Assembly (NCBI RefSeq): GCF_009914755.1
Contig: NC_060938.1
Length of the DNA: 64,000 nucleotides
Origin: the human T2T-CHM13v2.0 reference genome, Homo sapiens
Direction: 5' to 3' (one strand)
Below the pieces are notes generated by a model. The model was not told the DNA's origin, searched no databases, and saw nothing but the letters and a program-made list of their open reading frames with translations. Position 1 is the stretch's first letter. Every line of letters starts with the position of its first letter. Made by a program: the position numbers and the translations under genes. Shown here piece after piece: positions 1 through 16,300 of the stretch.

Positions 1-385
1 TGCGCTTCGTTACCCATTTCCGATGGTGTGACCTGACTACGCTTTGTTACCTGTTTCTGGTGGTGTGACCCAACTGTGATTTGTTACCTGTTTCTGATGT
101 TTGTTTCTGATGGTGTGACCTGACTGCTTTGTTACCTGTTTCCAATGGCGTGACCTGACTGAGCTTTGTTACCTGTTTCTGATGGTGTGACCTGACTGCT
201 TTGTTACCTGTTTCCAATGGTGTGACCTGACTGCGCTTTGTTACCTGTTTCCGATGGTGTGACCTGACTGCTTTGTTACCTGTTTCCAATGGCATGACCT
301 GACTGCGCTTTGTTACCTGTTTCTGATGGCGTGACCTGACTGCGCTTTGTTACCTCTTTCCGATAGCGGGATCTGACTGCATTTT
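1..385. repeat. Minisatellite, 35/37-bp unit (ctgactgcgctttgttacctgtttccgatggtgtgac), ~10 copies, truncated at window start
   Basis: Directly visible. The alternating 35+37 = 72-bp period produces the 24-aa repeat in ORF 47..295. Confidence 0.95.
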
Positions 386-684
386 GCATTCATGGGGGCA
401 CCGTCTGGCAAGGTGAGCTTGTCAGGGAGAGGCCGTAGCCCTCACCACCGCTAATGACTGGCTACCACACAGAGGTTCCAGGCAGAGTCTAGCTACTGGA
501 GCCAACCAGCGTGGCTTCGGCCAGTTAACAGACCACTTCTTGGAGTCATGAGGATTAACTCAGTGAGCCCATGGAAAATGCACAAACTAAGCCCTCAATA
601 AATATAGCCTGATGAACTGCCATTCTGCCTATCCGAATTCTACCCTAAGATAGATAATCAGAGATGCTAGGAGAAAACATGAGC

Positions 685-915
685 ATGTGAGTGGCTAAGA
701 GTATGGATTCTGGAGTCAGGCAACCTGGGTTCAAGGCCTGCTGTAGTATTACCCAAACTTGGGCAAGTTTGTTCATCTTCTGAAGAGAGCTTCATTTCTC
801 ACCTGGACCTGTATCCGTAATAACTGTATGCATATCATAGCACTGTCATGAGGATTAGATGAGTTAATACATGTCGAATGATTGGTGCATAATAAATGCT
901 CAATAATTGTGAGCT
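685..915 (+). mobile_element. MIR SINE
   Basis: gtggctaagagtatggattctggagtcag...ctgggttcaag...aggattagatgagttaatacatgt...tgctcaataa. Confidence 0.75.
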
Positions 916-1135
916 GGCATTACCCATTCCATTGTATGTGGCATGACAATGTGAAACCACTTAAATCATTGACAATAAAGAAAGGGTTAAACAGTCTGCA
1001 GTGCATCCATGTGAGGGGAGGTTATGCTGTCTCTAAGTTATCTAGAAAGATTTTTACTGACAAGAGAATATTAAGTGAAAAGATCCATACGGTGTTATAG
1101 ATAGTATGATTTCACTTCATTAAATATCTATACTT

Positions 1136-2365
<1,230 letters not shown>

Positions 2366-2441
2366 TGGGTGTAGGTTTTACGATCACAAAAGAAAAGAAA
2401 AAGCTGCTTGCTTAAACAAACAAACAAACAAACAAAAAAAC

Positions 2442-2796
<355 letters not shown>

Positions 2797-3052
2797 GCCG
2801 TGGGTGAACTGGCTTCATTTCTATACAGGAGCTCTGTCCATCTGCCAGTGCAGACAGGCACAGTCCAGATCCAAAGGACAAGCTGGCTCAAGATTTTGAA
2901 AGCAATGAAGTGAAATTTGAAGTTGAAATTTTTGAAGTGAAATTGTAAAGTTGAAAGCCAGAGAATCTGAAAACACTGGACTGAAAAGTCTCATTGTGTC
3001 TGAGCTCTGCCCCTTTCTTATTTAATTTTGTAGTTTTAAAAACTGCTACATA

Positions 3053-3363
<311 letters not shown>

Positions 3364-4149
3364 CTATTTGTAAAACTATATAAAACTACATAAAAATATT
3401 TGTAAAAATTAACATAGTTACCTTTGGACAACATATTAAAGAAAGAAACTCTGGAGATAATTTAAAGTTGATCCCCTATTTGTACATTACAGGATGCTCT
3501 TCCCTCTTCACATGGTCTGGTCCTTGCTGGCAATGTGAGGATGGGCCAATGTGAGGATGGGCCAGCCCTTTTGCAAACTGGCTGGGCCTAGTCATCTGGT
3601 ACAAAGTGGCAGAACCTGACGCTTTTGGGCTTCTGCTCACCATCCCTCTTAAAGGTGAAGAAGCCCAGTGTCCTCCAGGGTGGGCACCTTCTTGTCACTC
3701 AATGTCACTGTCTTACAGAGGTGTCCCCGACCAGCCAATCTAAAGTAACCCTCCCCCTGTCACTTCAAATTTGCTCTAATCATCTGCCAAGCTGGTAATT
3801 ATCTTATTTGTTTACCCCTCTGTTTGGGGTCTGTCTTCCCAGTCCCCAATAAGACCACCAGCTCCCCAGCCCAGGTACCTGTGTCTGGCCAGGGGTCCTT
3901 GATACACCGTGGCTGAACACAGGCAGGAAGGCCTCACTGCCACCTGGGTGGGTGGAGGTTCAGGCTGGGCTGGGTGCTCAGGAAGCCTCCATGGGCTTGG
4001 GGAGGTCATTTTCCTGGTAGCTGTGCCTTCCTGGGTACTGCTGAATGGCAGGCTAAGCTCAGGCTGGAAACCCTGACCTCCTGCCATGCCCGGGGGAGGA
4101 GCCATGCAGGGGTAGGGCTGGGCTGTGCTCGGCCATGTGCTTGTGTTTT

Positions 4150-4275
4150 ACACACCCTCTGAATCTTTACAACCACCTTGTTCTCCCCATTTCACAGATG
4201 AGGAAACCGAGGCTCAGAGAGGACTAGTGACTCACCTAAGGCTCCTAGGAGAGTAGGTGGCCAGGTCCCGATGCA
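4150..4275 (-). mobile_element. MIR fragment
   Basis: ccccatttcacagatgaggaaaccgaggctcagagagg...tgactcacctaagg (MIR core). Confidence 0.75.
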
Positions 4276-6859
4276 GGCTCCAGCCCAGCAGGCCCACAAC
4301 CCGAGCCCTTGGGCCACAGGCACCGCCTCAGGCAGTGGCGGATGGGAGCCTCCTGTGCTGTGACCAAGTGGGACAGGGATGCATGACCCTCCTCAGGCCT
4401 TGGCTGGACCCAGGGCCCGAGGATGACCCTGTGGGGTCAAGGAGGCAAAGACAAGAGTGGTGGCGGTCACAGAGGCCCCCAGCCATGCCCATGCTGACCA
4501 GGCCCCTCACCTCCTCCTCCATGCAGAGCGGGACTCGGACTCTGCCTCAGCTGCAGCTAGCTCTGCCCTTCCTGCCCTGCTTCAGGGACCCCTCAGCACG
4601 TCCCAGCAGCCACTCACCCCTCGCCTGAGGATAGAAGAAAGAAGGAAAGACTTTATGGTGCACCCCGGGGGCCCCATGCCCTGTCCAGGTTGACCTCTGT
4701 TAATATCCCCAAAAGCCCGTAAGGGAAGTTACTCCCCGACCATAGAGATGAGGAGACAGAGTGCTTCCCCATCAGAGGTGACACGGCCAGGCAGAACTGG
4801 GATTCCAGCCAGATCTGTGTGACCCACAGCCCAGTGGTCACCAGGAAACCCTATTGTCCTCAGGGGGTCAAGGGCCAAACAGCAGAAGATGAGGGAGACG
4901 AGGAGGGTGGTGGGGGCTGTGGGTGGCCCGGATGGTCAGCGGGAGCTGCTGGCTCCAGGCAGACCTGCAGAAGATCCCCCACCACCTTCCTGCCACCTCT
5001 CCATAGTCAGCCCCACTCAGGGCTTGAGTGTCCAGGAGGAGTCCTGCCTGCTGGCCTGGCCCTGAGGCCCTGTGTGGTGGTCCTGAGGGGCGGTAGCCCT
5101 CGTGTCCCCTACCTGGCACACACCACCTCTGACAGCTGCCTGCAGACTCACATCTCAGCCCAGAAGGCAGGCTGGGCAGAGGTGACTGTCCTCATCTGAT
5201 TCTGAGTCCAGGGAGGGACAGTGGCACAGTGAGGATCACCCCCAGCAGGTGCAGAGCTGGAGTGGGTCCCCCACGGTGTGACCTTGAGGGGGGGCCTCAG
5301 CCTGGCCCCCAAAAGACCTTCAGGAGGAGCACATTCCTGTCTGAAATGGTGCAGGATGTCCTTTTTCTGTTCCTATCTGGCTGCAGCGTGGGCAGGGGCA
5401 GCAGGAAATGCATGACCACAAGTGTGGGAGGAATGTTAGTGGCGGGAACGGCCGCAGCCCTAAGGCTCAGCCCTGGGGCTCGGCCCATTTTCCTGTGTGG
5501 GGTCCTCAGGCCCAGTGCGGCTGCTACTGCCCGCCTCCCCCGGAGGACTCCGGCCAGGCCTCAAAGGCTTATGGTCAAGTGTGTGGCTGCTTCTGGAGTA
5601 GGCAGGATGGACAGGGCAAGCAGAGGCTAGGGGAGGGATGGGAGCAGCCACCTGGTACAGTGCCCAAGACACAGTTTACAGAACTTCAATATGAGTGGTG
5701 TCCCCTCACTGGGCAATGCCCACCCTGTCGGCCTTGAGAGGTGGTGGGGGAGGAGCAGGAATGAGAAGGTGGCGATATGGAGAGAGGGGGCCGAGTGGCA
5801 GGGGCCGAGCGCTGGGAGGGTATGGGGGCATTGGAGGGAGACAGTGGCCAGAGTGGCTGACCCTGCCCTGAAATTCCTTCAGTAGGGCCGGGTCACCCAT
5901 TCCAGCCTGGAGCCGGCTGTGCTGCAGGGACCTGGGCTGGGGCTGGGGCAGCAGGTGACAGGCTGGTGACAGGCCCAGCACGGACAGGGCAGACGTGGAG
6001 AACTCCAAGGATGATGGGGAGGGTGCCTGCAAAGGGGGGACTTCCTGCAGGCAGAGAGTCTGGGCCCGCAATGATGACTGTGTGGCCGCCGGGGAGATGC
6101 GTGGGGCCATCTGGAGGAGTCTGGGTTGCTCCATGTGATCACAGACACGCCCACCTGTGCACGAGCATGCACCTCCCCCAGGCCATGACCACAGGTAGGG
6201 GGCATGGAGGATAACGGGAGGCCTTGGTTCCCTCCTTTCCCCACCGAGGGAGGTCCCCACGCAGCCCTGAGGGTGAGCAGAGCCCTGGCCACAGCCCAGG
6301 GCCCAGGACCTGGAAGGAGGCAGAGAGACAGACAGACGAGCCCATGGATCCCAAATGGGGCTGGGGATGGGAAGTGGCCTGCCCCGGCCACACCTGCCCA
6401 GGCCCCCAGCCTGGCTCTGTCCTGAGATCCTCTTGGCTGAGTGGGGCGGCTCCTTCAAAGAAGGGCCTCCTCCCTCCTCTGCCTCCTCCTTCCCTTCCTG
6501 GTCCATTCGCCACCCCACCCTGCCCGAAGTTGGCTCCCTGCTCACTGAGGAGTGGGTGCCCCGTCCCCAGGGCTCCCTGGCTTGGGGGTACCCAGGCCTC
6601 TGCCTCCCTGCTGCTGCTGCTCTGGGGAACCACCAGGCCCCCAGCCAAGGCAGCCCCCCTCAGCTTCCCTCTCTCCTTCCTCACGCCTGCCCTGCTGGAA
6701 ACACAAGGTGCTCAGCGAGGCCGCCTTCAGCACTCAACACGGCCCCTTCCCCACCGGACTCCTAACCTGTGTTCTCAGCTCCCCTCTGCAGCTACGCTCT
6801 TGAAAGAGACTTCACCTTTTCCTCCCGCTTGAGCCCACTCCAACCTGGCTTGACCCCAC

Positions 6860-7228
6860 CTTAGTCAGCTTGGGCTGCCGTAAGAAAACCGCCACAGACA
6901 GGTGGCTTCAACAATGAACTTAATTTCTCACAGTCCTGGAGGTTCAAAGAACAAAGCAAAGGTTCCAGCCCATCTGGGTTCCTGTGAGGCTCCCTCCTGG
7001 CTTGCAGGTGGCCGCCTTCTCCGTGTGTCCTGGCGTGGCTGAGCGTGAGCTCACTTGCACTTTAGAGTTTCTTCTGGTGAGGACGCCAATCCTACTGGGC
7101 CAGGGCCCCTCCTGATGACCTCACTTCACCTGAATTACTTCCTTAAGGGGCCTATCTCCAAATATAGTCACACAGGGGCGGGGGCTCCACCCTATGAATC
7201 TGGGGGAGCAAAACTGCATCCCCAGCAT
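6860..7228 (-). mobile_element. MLT1A-like MaLR LTR
   Basis: ttagtcagcttgggctgccgtaa...aatttctcacagtcctggagg...gacctcactt...tatgaatctgggg. Confidence 0.8.
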
Positions 7229-7902
7229 GGCTCTGGTCAAGGTCACTGCCAACCTGCACACCACCAGGCCCACGGTCAGCTCTCAGGCCACCCTGACGGG
7301 GTCTCCAGGCATTGAGAGAGCCCACCCACCTCCTCCAGGAAGCTCACCCTGCCTGCTCTCCGCCTCCCTTGCAGCTGCTCCTGCGCCTTCTTTCCTGATC
7401 TCTTCATTTCCCAGCCTGTAAACCCCGCCAGCCCCGGAGCTCAGCCCTGACCTCTTCCTCTTTGTCTATGCTTGTCCCGAAGTGGCCCCGTCAGGCCCAT
7501 GGCTCCCAGCCCCGCATCCCTGACACCTCCCACACTCTCGCCTCATCTTGGGCTCTCGCCTGGGCTCCTGCCCAGCCAGCTGCCTCCCCCTCAGAGGCTC
7601 CACAGGCATTTTGTATTCAACCTGCCTGAAAGCAGACTCCTGCCTTCTCCTCTCCTCCCCAACCTATTCTTCCTGTTTCCTGGCCATCATCGCCATCCTT
7701 CCAGTAGCTCAGGACAAGACCCTCACCCTCATCCCTGGCGTCTCCCCTCCCTCACACCCAGCTCCATGTGTGAGCAACCCTCTTGGCTCTGTCTTCAGAA
7801 TCTTCACAGTCCAGTGCCTCTTGCCACTTCCTCCACGCCCCTTGGTCTAAGCACCATGGTCGCTGTGTGACAGCAGGAGCCTGACAGCCTCCCAGCTCCC
7901 AC

Positions 7903-8690
<788 letters not shown>

Positions 8691-9386
8691 GTTAGCATGG
8701 TCCACGAGGCCGCACCTGTGTGGCCCCTGTTAAACTTCTGACCTCTTCTCATCCTTCACCACCTGACCATCCCCCTCCCCTCTGGGCCTTTGCACCTGCT
8801 GTTCCTGCTTCCTGAGATGTCCTCCTCCCAGGTTACCTGTCTTTCTTCAGCCAGATGTCACCTTCTTAGCGAGGCTTACCTAATCACCTTCTAAACAGCA
8901 GCCCTGCCACTCCCTACACCCCTTCCCTGGCTTCATCTTTCTCCGTGCGTCACCCCACCTGCCATATTCCTCATCTGTCTGTTTCCTTCTACCAGAAGGT
9001 AGGTCCTAAGTGGATGCAGCATCTGTGTCACGCATTGCTGTGCCCTCAGTGCCTGGAATAAGCATCTGGCATGTTGTGAGCATTCCATAGGTATTTGTTG
9101 GATGAATGAATGAGTGAATGAATGAATGAAATTTCACAGATGGGGAGACTAAGACCAGGGAACAGGAACGCCTTGCCTAAGTTAGGGTCAGCACTAGTCC
9201 TGGAATCAAACGCGGCATCTCCTGCATCTCACTGTCCAAAAAATGCCTCCACTGGGCAGACCTGGGCACTTTTGAAATGTTTATCCCTCAGGCCTGTCTC
9301 AATCTTAGTTCTGCCAGGTAATTCCACAATGACCCCAGGCAGGTGTCCTGCCGTCTTAGTGTCTAGCGTCTGCGTCCTCATCTATT

Positions 9387-9423
<37 letters not shown>

Positions 9424-9453
9424 ATGGATGGATGGATGGACAGACGGATGGAC

Positions 9454-9484
<31 letters not shown>

Positions 9485-9496
9485 CGGATGGATGAA
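9387..9496. repeat. (GGAT)n microsatellite with GGAC variants
   Basis: Directly visible, ~27 tetramers. Confidence 0.95.
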
Positions 9497-9889
9497 TGTC
9501 CTTAGTTGGGAAAGGCTCAGCAGGTCAGAAGACTAGGAAGAAGGCCAGAGCCATGAGAGGGCTTGGGGAAGGAGAGGCAGCCAGGCACACAGGGGGCTGG
9601 GACACAGAGTCTGGTTCCAGGCAAGGGCTTGAGAAGCCATCAGGGGTTTATAGAGAGAACCGACTCAATCCTCCCTTCTAAGAGGACTGTGCAGACATTG
9701 GACTGTGTGGGGCTGGGGCCAAGGTACTGGGGATGAAGTTGAATGGGAGAGATTTGAGATGCGATTTGGGTAGAAAAGACAAGATTTACTGGAAAACAGA
9801 ATATGAGGTGGGTGAGTGGGATTAAGGTGGGGGACTGAGGAGTCTGGAAGAGTGCCCAAGGGGGGAGTACCAAGGACGGCAGGACTTTC

Positions 9890-10300
9890 CTGCATTTCTT
9901 AGGTACCTTTTAGGTAGAAGTGATGGAAACCCCTGTGCTTGCACTAAGCAAGATGGGAAACTGTATGGATTCCTATGATGGAAAAATCTCGGGCCGCAGT
10001 GCTCCAGCGGTGACCCGGGGCCCGGCTCTCTTTCCACCTCCTCATTCTCTTTTTCTGTGTTGGCATCATTCTCAGGCAGGCCACCCCATATAATGTCAAA
10101 TGGCACCCACAGCCCCCCACTGGCATCCTATTAGGACATCAAACCCAGCAGAAAGAGGCTTTTTTTCTAATGTTTTCATAACAAAAGTCCCAGGGGTGCT
10201 TCTCATTGGCCAAGCATGGGACACATGCCCAAACCCAAACCAGTCACTGACACTGGGGAGCTGGAGGGCTCTGGTTGTTAAGGCTGGGCCCATGTGTCCA
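9890..10300 (-). mobile_element. Old MLT1 (J/K-like) LTR fragment
   Basis: cattggccaagcatgggacacatgcccaaacccaaaccagtcactg motif. Confidence 0.5.
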
Positions 10301-11302
10301 TCCTTGAGCCATGTGGGTGGAGAGTGGGGGTGGTTCCCTGAGGGAGATGAAGACAATGGAGAGGTGCCGGGCAGACACACAGGAGCCAGCCCCCGCGCCC
10401 TGCAGGGCTGATACCCACAGGAGTCTCTGAGGTGAGGGCCTGGCAGAGAAGGTCTGGTACAGCGCCTGCACCATCTGCCTTGGTGGCCCAGCCTCCTCCC
10501 TTCCTGGTCCTGATCCAGTGGGCCTTGCCCCACGCTCCCGCATGGGATGGCAGAGCCCAGCCCTGTGCCTCCAATCAGGGCAAGCTGCCACCACACTGAG
10601 TACCTGCCCCAGGTCCTACATTGCAAATTCCATGACTTATGACCACTCAAAGCCACAAGTGCTGCCTGGCAGGGTCAGTGCTGAGGCTGGGGCTCCTACC
10701 TACTGTCTCTCCCTCCTTGGCTGCCCCCTAGCCCGCCTGCCTCAGTGAGCCAGAGAGGTCGTGCCCAGTTTGAATGCAGTCCTCTAGGCTTCAGGGCACC
10801 TAAGTTCAGAGCTCAGCCCTCCATATTTCCCTGTGTCCTGGAAAGGTGGGGCCACCCTACAGCTGTCCCTGAGAGACTGCCGATACCTGCTCAGTTTCTC
10901 TCTGGTTCCGGATCTTGCTGTCTACTCTGTGGGATTCGGACTTTGGCTCAAACACCTCTACACCTTCTTCTCATGGTGGCAAGAGGGCTGCTGCAGTTCC
11001 AGCCTCACTTCTCAGCTTGAAAGGCAGCAGGAAAGAGCGACAGCCTTCTCTGTGGCTCCCGCTCTGACTGGACCGCTTTAGGTCACATGCTCACTCCTGA
11101 CCCTCTGTGGCCCATGAGTGCAGGAGGCTGCTTGGGCAGGACTGAATTGCATGCTCCAATTCCAAAGCCCCATCGGGGGAGAGCTAAGGCGAATTCCCAA
11201 ACCAAAACCAGGGCTGTTGCTGCAAAAAGGAGGCCTGGGTGCTGAGGACGCAGGAAACACGTCCCTACCTAGGGATCATCTTCAAATTATAAGTGAGGAG
11301 AT

Positions 11303-11598
11303 GGCCGGGCATGGTGGCTCACACCAGCACTTTCGGAGGCTGAGGCGGGAGGGCTGCTTGAGTCCAGGAGTTCAGGACCAGCCTGGGTAACACAGTGAGA
11401 TCCCGTCTCTACAAAAACAAACAAACAAAATTAGCCGGGCATGCTAGTGTGCGCCTGTGATCCCAGCTACTCAGGAGGCTGAGGTGGGAGGATCACCTGA
11501 ACCTGGGAAGTCGAGGCTGCAGTGATCTGTGATCGCACCACTGAACTCCAGCCTGGGAAACAGAGTGAGACCCTGTCTCCAAAAAATAAAAATAAAAT
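11303..11598 (+). mobile_element. AluJ
   Basis: Alu dimer, (TAAAA)n-like tail, TSD-like ataagtg. Confidence 0.92.
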
Positions 11599-11734
11599 AA
11601 GTGGGGAAAGAGAGGCTGGGCTTTCTAGTGTCAAGGGCTGACATGTCCAGAGTGGGCCCCCAGGTACAGACAGCTCCCCACCCCAGGAACTAAGCCTTTC
11701 TCAGGTCTTTGAGCTTTTACGAATGACACAGGCT

Positions 11735-12519
11735 ATGAGTCCATTTAAAAATCATTTTATTATTAACATCATCTTCCCATGTAGCCAAGTGTCTGTCATG
11801 TATAAGGAATGTCGGTAAATATTCCATTTGAAGCTTCTTTGTACATATTTCCCTCGATAAATAAACTCTGAATTCACATAAAAAAGTTAAACTTAAATAA
11901 CTCATATTTCCTTCTCTTGTAACAGGCATATATTGGTAAAATATAAATATTCTCGGACTCAGGCTTTGTTCTAAGTGAGGACAGTAATTGATCACATGGT
12001 ACAATTATTGACAGTAAAACCAAGAAATTGTCAGCTGGTGTCCTGGCATGGACTAGTGCTGAGGTGGGAGACAGGAAGTTCACATTTGGTTTCTGGGCCA
12101 AAGTGGGGCAGGAGGGGTGGTGGGGAGAAAAGGACAGTTGTTTTCTTTACAGCTCTGATAAAAATAATCTGTGCTGCCACTGAATTTTAACTTTGAATAT
12201 ATTCTTCTACATTTGCTGATTAATTCCATAATCATTTTACTGAAAACTCAGATGTCAACTAACAAAATATGGCACATGATCCATTTTGAACAATGTCAAT
12301 AGGTTCAGAAACTACCATTGGGCTGGCAAAAAAAACAAGAGAAACGCACATGGCGAGAGCGATGATTCGGGGTTGGTTTGGTTGGTTCACTGTGGCCCAC
12401 TGAACACTCGTCCCTGGCCTCAGTGCGGCAGATTCATCCCCTTGGGGCGATGGCACAAGCCCTGGTGCCCGGCAGGGCCTCTGAGGCCTGAGCGGCAGGT
12501 GAGGCTGGCAGGCGCCTGC
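11735..12519 (-). other. TTC7B: TTC7B 3'UTR to the proximal polyA site
   Basis: Repeat-free, increasingly AT-rich sequence after the stop codon, ending near an AATAAA. The cleavage site is estimated. Confidence 0.8.
11756..11761 (-). terminator. Polyadenylation signal AATAAA (TTC7B proximal PAS)
   Basis: Plus tttatt at 11756-11761 = AATAAA on minus, ~760 nt after the stop, in AT-rich context. Confidence 0.75.
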
Positions 12520-12741
12520 TCAGAGCACGCGGGGGATGATGGTGAAGGGCACGGCGGGGCTGCTGGCCTCCAGCTCCAAGGCTGTCAGGAAGCACTCCGT
12601 AGCCGCCGCATCGTTGCCCTGAGCTTGGAGGACCTCGCCCAGCCCGTTCCAGACCTCGTGGGCTGTCGAGTTCACCTGCACCGCGTCCCGGAGGATCTTC
12701 TCCGCCAGACTGTAGCGGCCTAGCTGGTGAAGGATCAGGGC
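12520..12741 (-). CDS. TTC7B: TTC7B last coding exon (probably exon 20), C-terminal TPR and stop
   Basis: Minus strand: (CT)n tract and acceptor ctgacctctccag|GCC CTG ATC; phase 0 matches the upstream exon. 222 nt = [73 protein letters not shown] plus TGA (plus tca 12520-12522). CpG-rich like coding DNA. Confidence 0.96.
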   Translation of the reverse strand, partial: ALILHQLGRYSLAEKILRDAVQVNSTAHEVWNGLGEVLQAQGNDAAATECFLTALELEASSPAVPFTIIPRVL

Positions 12742-13020
12742 CTGGAGAGGTCAGAGAGAGAGAGAGACAGTCAGCCATGGAGGCTTCAGGAGCTCTGCAT
12801 CCTACTTGTCCTCGAGTTTCCAGTCAGTTCCTCGGAGCCGGGAATATATCGCCATTGGGCTGGGCCCATAGTAAGTTCTCCAGTATTTCCTGTGTTCAGG
12901 GGCAACAGTCAAAATAGTCGCCAAGCTGACTAATATGAAATTGCCAATATTCAGCCATGTTTTGAATATAAAAATGGCAACTTCATATGGTTCATCTGAA
13001 AACTTAAGAACCATGAATGA

Positions 13021-13390
<370 letters not shown>

Positions 13391-16300
13391 TGTCGTCTTT
13401 TTTTTTTAAACTAAAGAAACCATTGGTGGAATTATACTATGAGAATGATGACGACAGTTTTTACATTGCTCACAGCCCCTTCCCCGACCAAGGCCCTGAC
13501 CTCACTGTCTCTGCTTGCCCCAGGCTGTGCCCAGCTGTCATCTTCGTTTTCCTTGGTTGGGGTGTACCCGTGGGTCCCACCTATTTCATCATCATTGCGT
13601 TTCCAAGCTGCGCACCTCTATAAGCGATGCGTGTACTCGCTCATCCAATGGACACTCTCACTTTCTCAACCTCTCCCTCGGGGGAGAAACATGTAGGTCA
13701 CATCCAATCTCTTTGCTGTTCCAAATCGCACAGACATGAACATCTTTCCAGAAAGCACCTCTTTGTTCTTTAGATCAGTGGATTTCCAATCTTTTTTGTA
13801 TCCCTGAAAACCTTTGGTTAAATGAAATCTTACAGAGAACACCCACACAGTCTATGTATAAACAGACAAAAAGGAACAACTTGGTGGGGTGGGTGGGGTG
13901 GGGAGGGGAGTCCAGTGTCCCCCATGAGCTCCTTTTAGTGGCCCTGGGGGAGGATCAGTGGAACGGCCTTGACAACTATTTGGACATCCTCCCCTTAGGG
14001 CAAATCTCCCCAAACTAGGGTCTCTGGGTAAGAGGATATGACTCTCTTTAGCACTCCCCAAACATTTTGCAAATTTTATCCCCAAAGGTTGCCTCACTTT
14101 TTCAGCCATCAGCAGTTTCTGTGGTTGGTCACCTACCCCCTTCTATCATGACTCTATTTCTGCTAATGTCATACATGCAGAATGTCCCTCCTTGTTGAAA
14201 TCTATATTTCTTTAATAACCATTGAGGTTAAATATTTCCCATGCTTTTGTTTAGGAGCCTTTCATAAGATTGCTATTCATCTGCTACCATAATTTCCCAG
14301 CTTATTATTTGACTTTTGAGATTCTTTTCTTTGAAAAGTTTTAAGTTGCAAAATTAAATTTATTGATCTTTGATTTTTTTGCCACTTCAAAACTTAGAAA
14401 GTTATCCTTTCAAAGAGCTGACACATGTTCAATTCCATTTATCTTAATTTTCCCTCTTTTAAGTAGTTGACTACTTTATCTTGGCAGAGTGATGGATTCC
14501 TCCTACTTTGCTAGACACAAACTAGCTCATCCTCCCTCCCCTCACTCTTGTAAGGCACTGCCTCCATCCTAGAGTGAATTATTACATGAATCAGGGGCCT
14601 TCCACTATTTTCCAACAAGCCACAATATCAAACTTCTGCATCAGCACCACAGTTTTCATTTCTGTTACTCCCAAAATCATGTTTTAATAGGTAGAGTCAG
14701 AGCTTTCCCTCACTGCTCCTTGCTTTTAGTATGTTTCTTGACAATCTTACCCTGTACTATTTTCGATGAATTTCAAAATCAGTTTCTTCATTCCCTTTAG
14801 AAGTCAAATTGCACTTGCATTACCTCTCTTGGAGAGTGTGGAGAAGCCTGACATCTTTACAATGTCTAGTCTTCCCACTGAGGAATGAGTTATGGCCCTC
14901 TGCTCTTTCAAATCTCATCTTAAATCTCCCAATAAAGCCTTGCCCTCGCTTTAGGCAGTGTGAGCATGTCACTCACGAGGCAACCCAGCCTGCTCACAGG
15001 CCCCAGCTTCACCAACAGGCAAGAGGGCAGCAGGGTAGCTGTCAGGAGCAGAACCAGCCAGTGTGATGGCAGGAATGTGCCTGCCTTGAAGTGGCATCCA
15101 AGAGCCTGAGAGACAACCTGGCTTCCATAAGCCCCCAACAGGGGAGCTGGGGTGTCCACCCAGGAGGAGCACGTGGTTGGGGTGACAGCCAAGGAGACCC
15201 ATGGCCGAGGGCAGTGTGTGGCCCCTGTGGAGGCTCAGAGTGGAAGGTGGAGGAAGGAGACCCCCAGCTCTGGGAGGAAGAGGCAGTTTAGGGAGCTCTC
15301 CTGGGTGAGGAGGAGGCGGAGGCCACGCTGCCTCAGGTAGAGATGGCTGCCCTCCCCCGTCTGGGAACAGCAGGCTTCAGGGTCAGCTCTACCTTCTCAA
15401 GAACACAACAGAAATACCCGATGTTTCTTTTCTTATGAATATCCAAACATGTGTCCATGCTGGAGTTCCTGCATATGACCAGGTCCTTGGTGGCATCTGC
15501 CAGAGAAGGTTCCGGGGTGGCCAAACAGCCGAGGGTAGCTGGCCACTGCAGAGCCACACCTCATGACTCCTGGTGCCTGCCTGAAGGGCTTCTGGGTGTG
15601 GAGTCCAGCTGCGGGTGGCAAATAATCACGTCCATCTCCCAGGATGGTGCTCTGGACCACCTTGGACCTCCTTAAGAGGGAATCTGACAACTCCACATTC
15701 TCGCTTCCCAACCTCAAAGGCCAGCAGAACAAATGGTAGGCCACCTACCCAGGTTGCATTCAGTAGGACGCGAGGCTGAATGAGATCCTGCCCCCTTTCT
15801 TTGAGGGGAGGTTATCACCTGTGCTCACCCGAGAACGTTCCAACGTAACTATGAGGGAAGGGAGGTTTCTGGGTAGCGGCCCTGAGCAGCAGCCTGGAGA
15901 GATTATGGCAGGAGCTCGTCACACGCCTTCCTGGCATGGCTTTCTTGGTGCATCAAGATACTAAATACACACAACAGGTTTCTGAGTGGCTCTCCCAGCA
16001 GGGAGACACATGCTGCATGCTTCTGGCAAATAGGTGATGAGCAGTAAGCCACTGTGCTTACTTGTTGCAGGTGGAGAATATAATTCAGGTCCCACTAGGC
16101 TCTGCCACCGTAGCATCAGCCCCGTGCTGTTTTCTTCCTCCAAGTGGAGGGTTTTTCCCCACTGGGCACCACGCTAGGCACTGTAGCTAGCCCATCTCCT
16201 ATTACTACTGCTTTAGATACAAGAAGACACAGTTCAGAAAGGCCACGTTCTTGCCCCAGGTCCCAGGGCCAATCAACATCGAGCTGCAGCCTTGCCCAGG

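Noticed and set aside
1-385. CRISPR-like array
   Set aside because: Head-to-tail units with no unique spacers, in a primate genome: a minisatellite.
3531-3562. 16-bp tandem duplication caatgtgaggatgggc x2
   Set aside because: Ordinary slippage duplication with no sign of function.
5706-6832. Overlapping 170-279 aa ORFs on both strands
   Set aside because: Pro/Gly/Ser-rich low-complexity translations of GC-rich DNA with few stops; no recognisable domain.
12286-12723. 145-aa plus-strand ORF
   Set aside because: Antisense shadow of the GC-rich last TTC7B exon.
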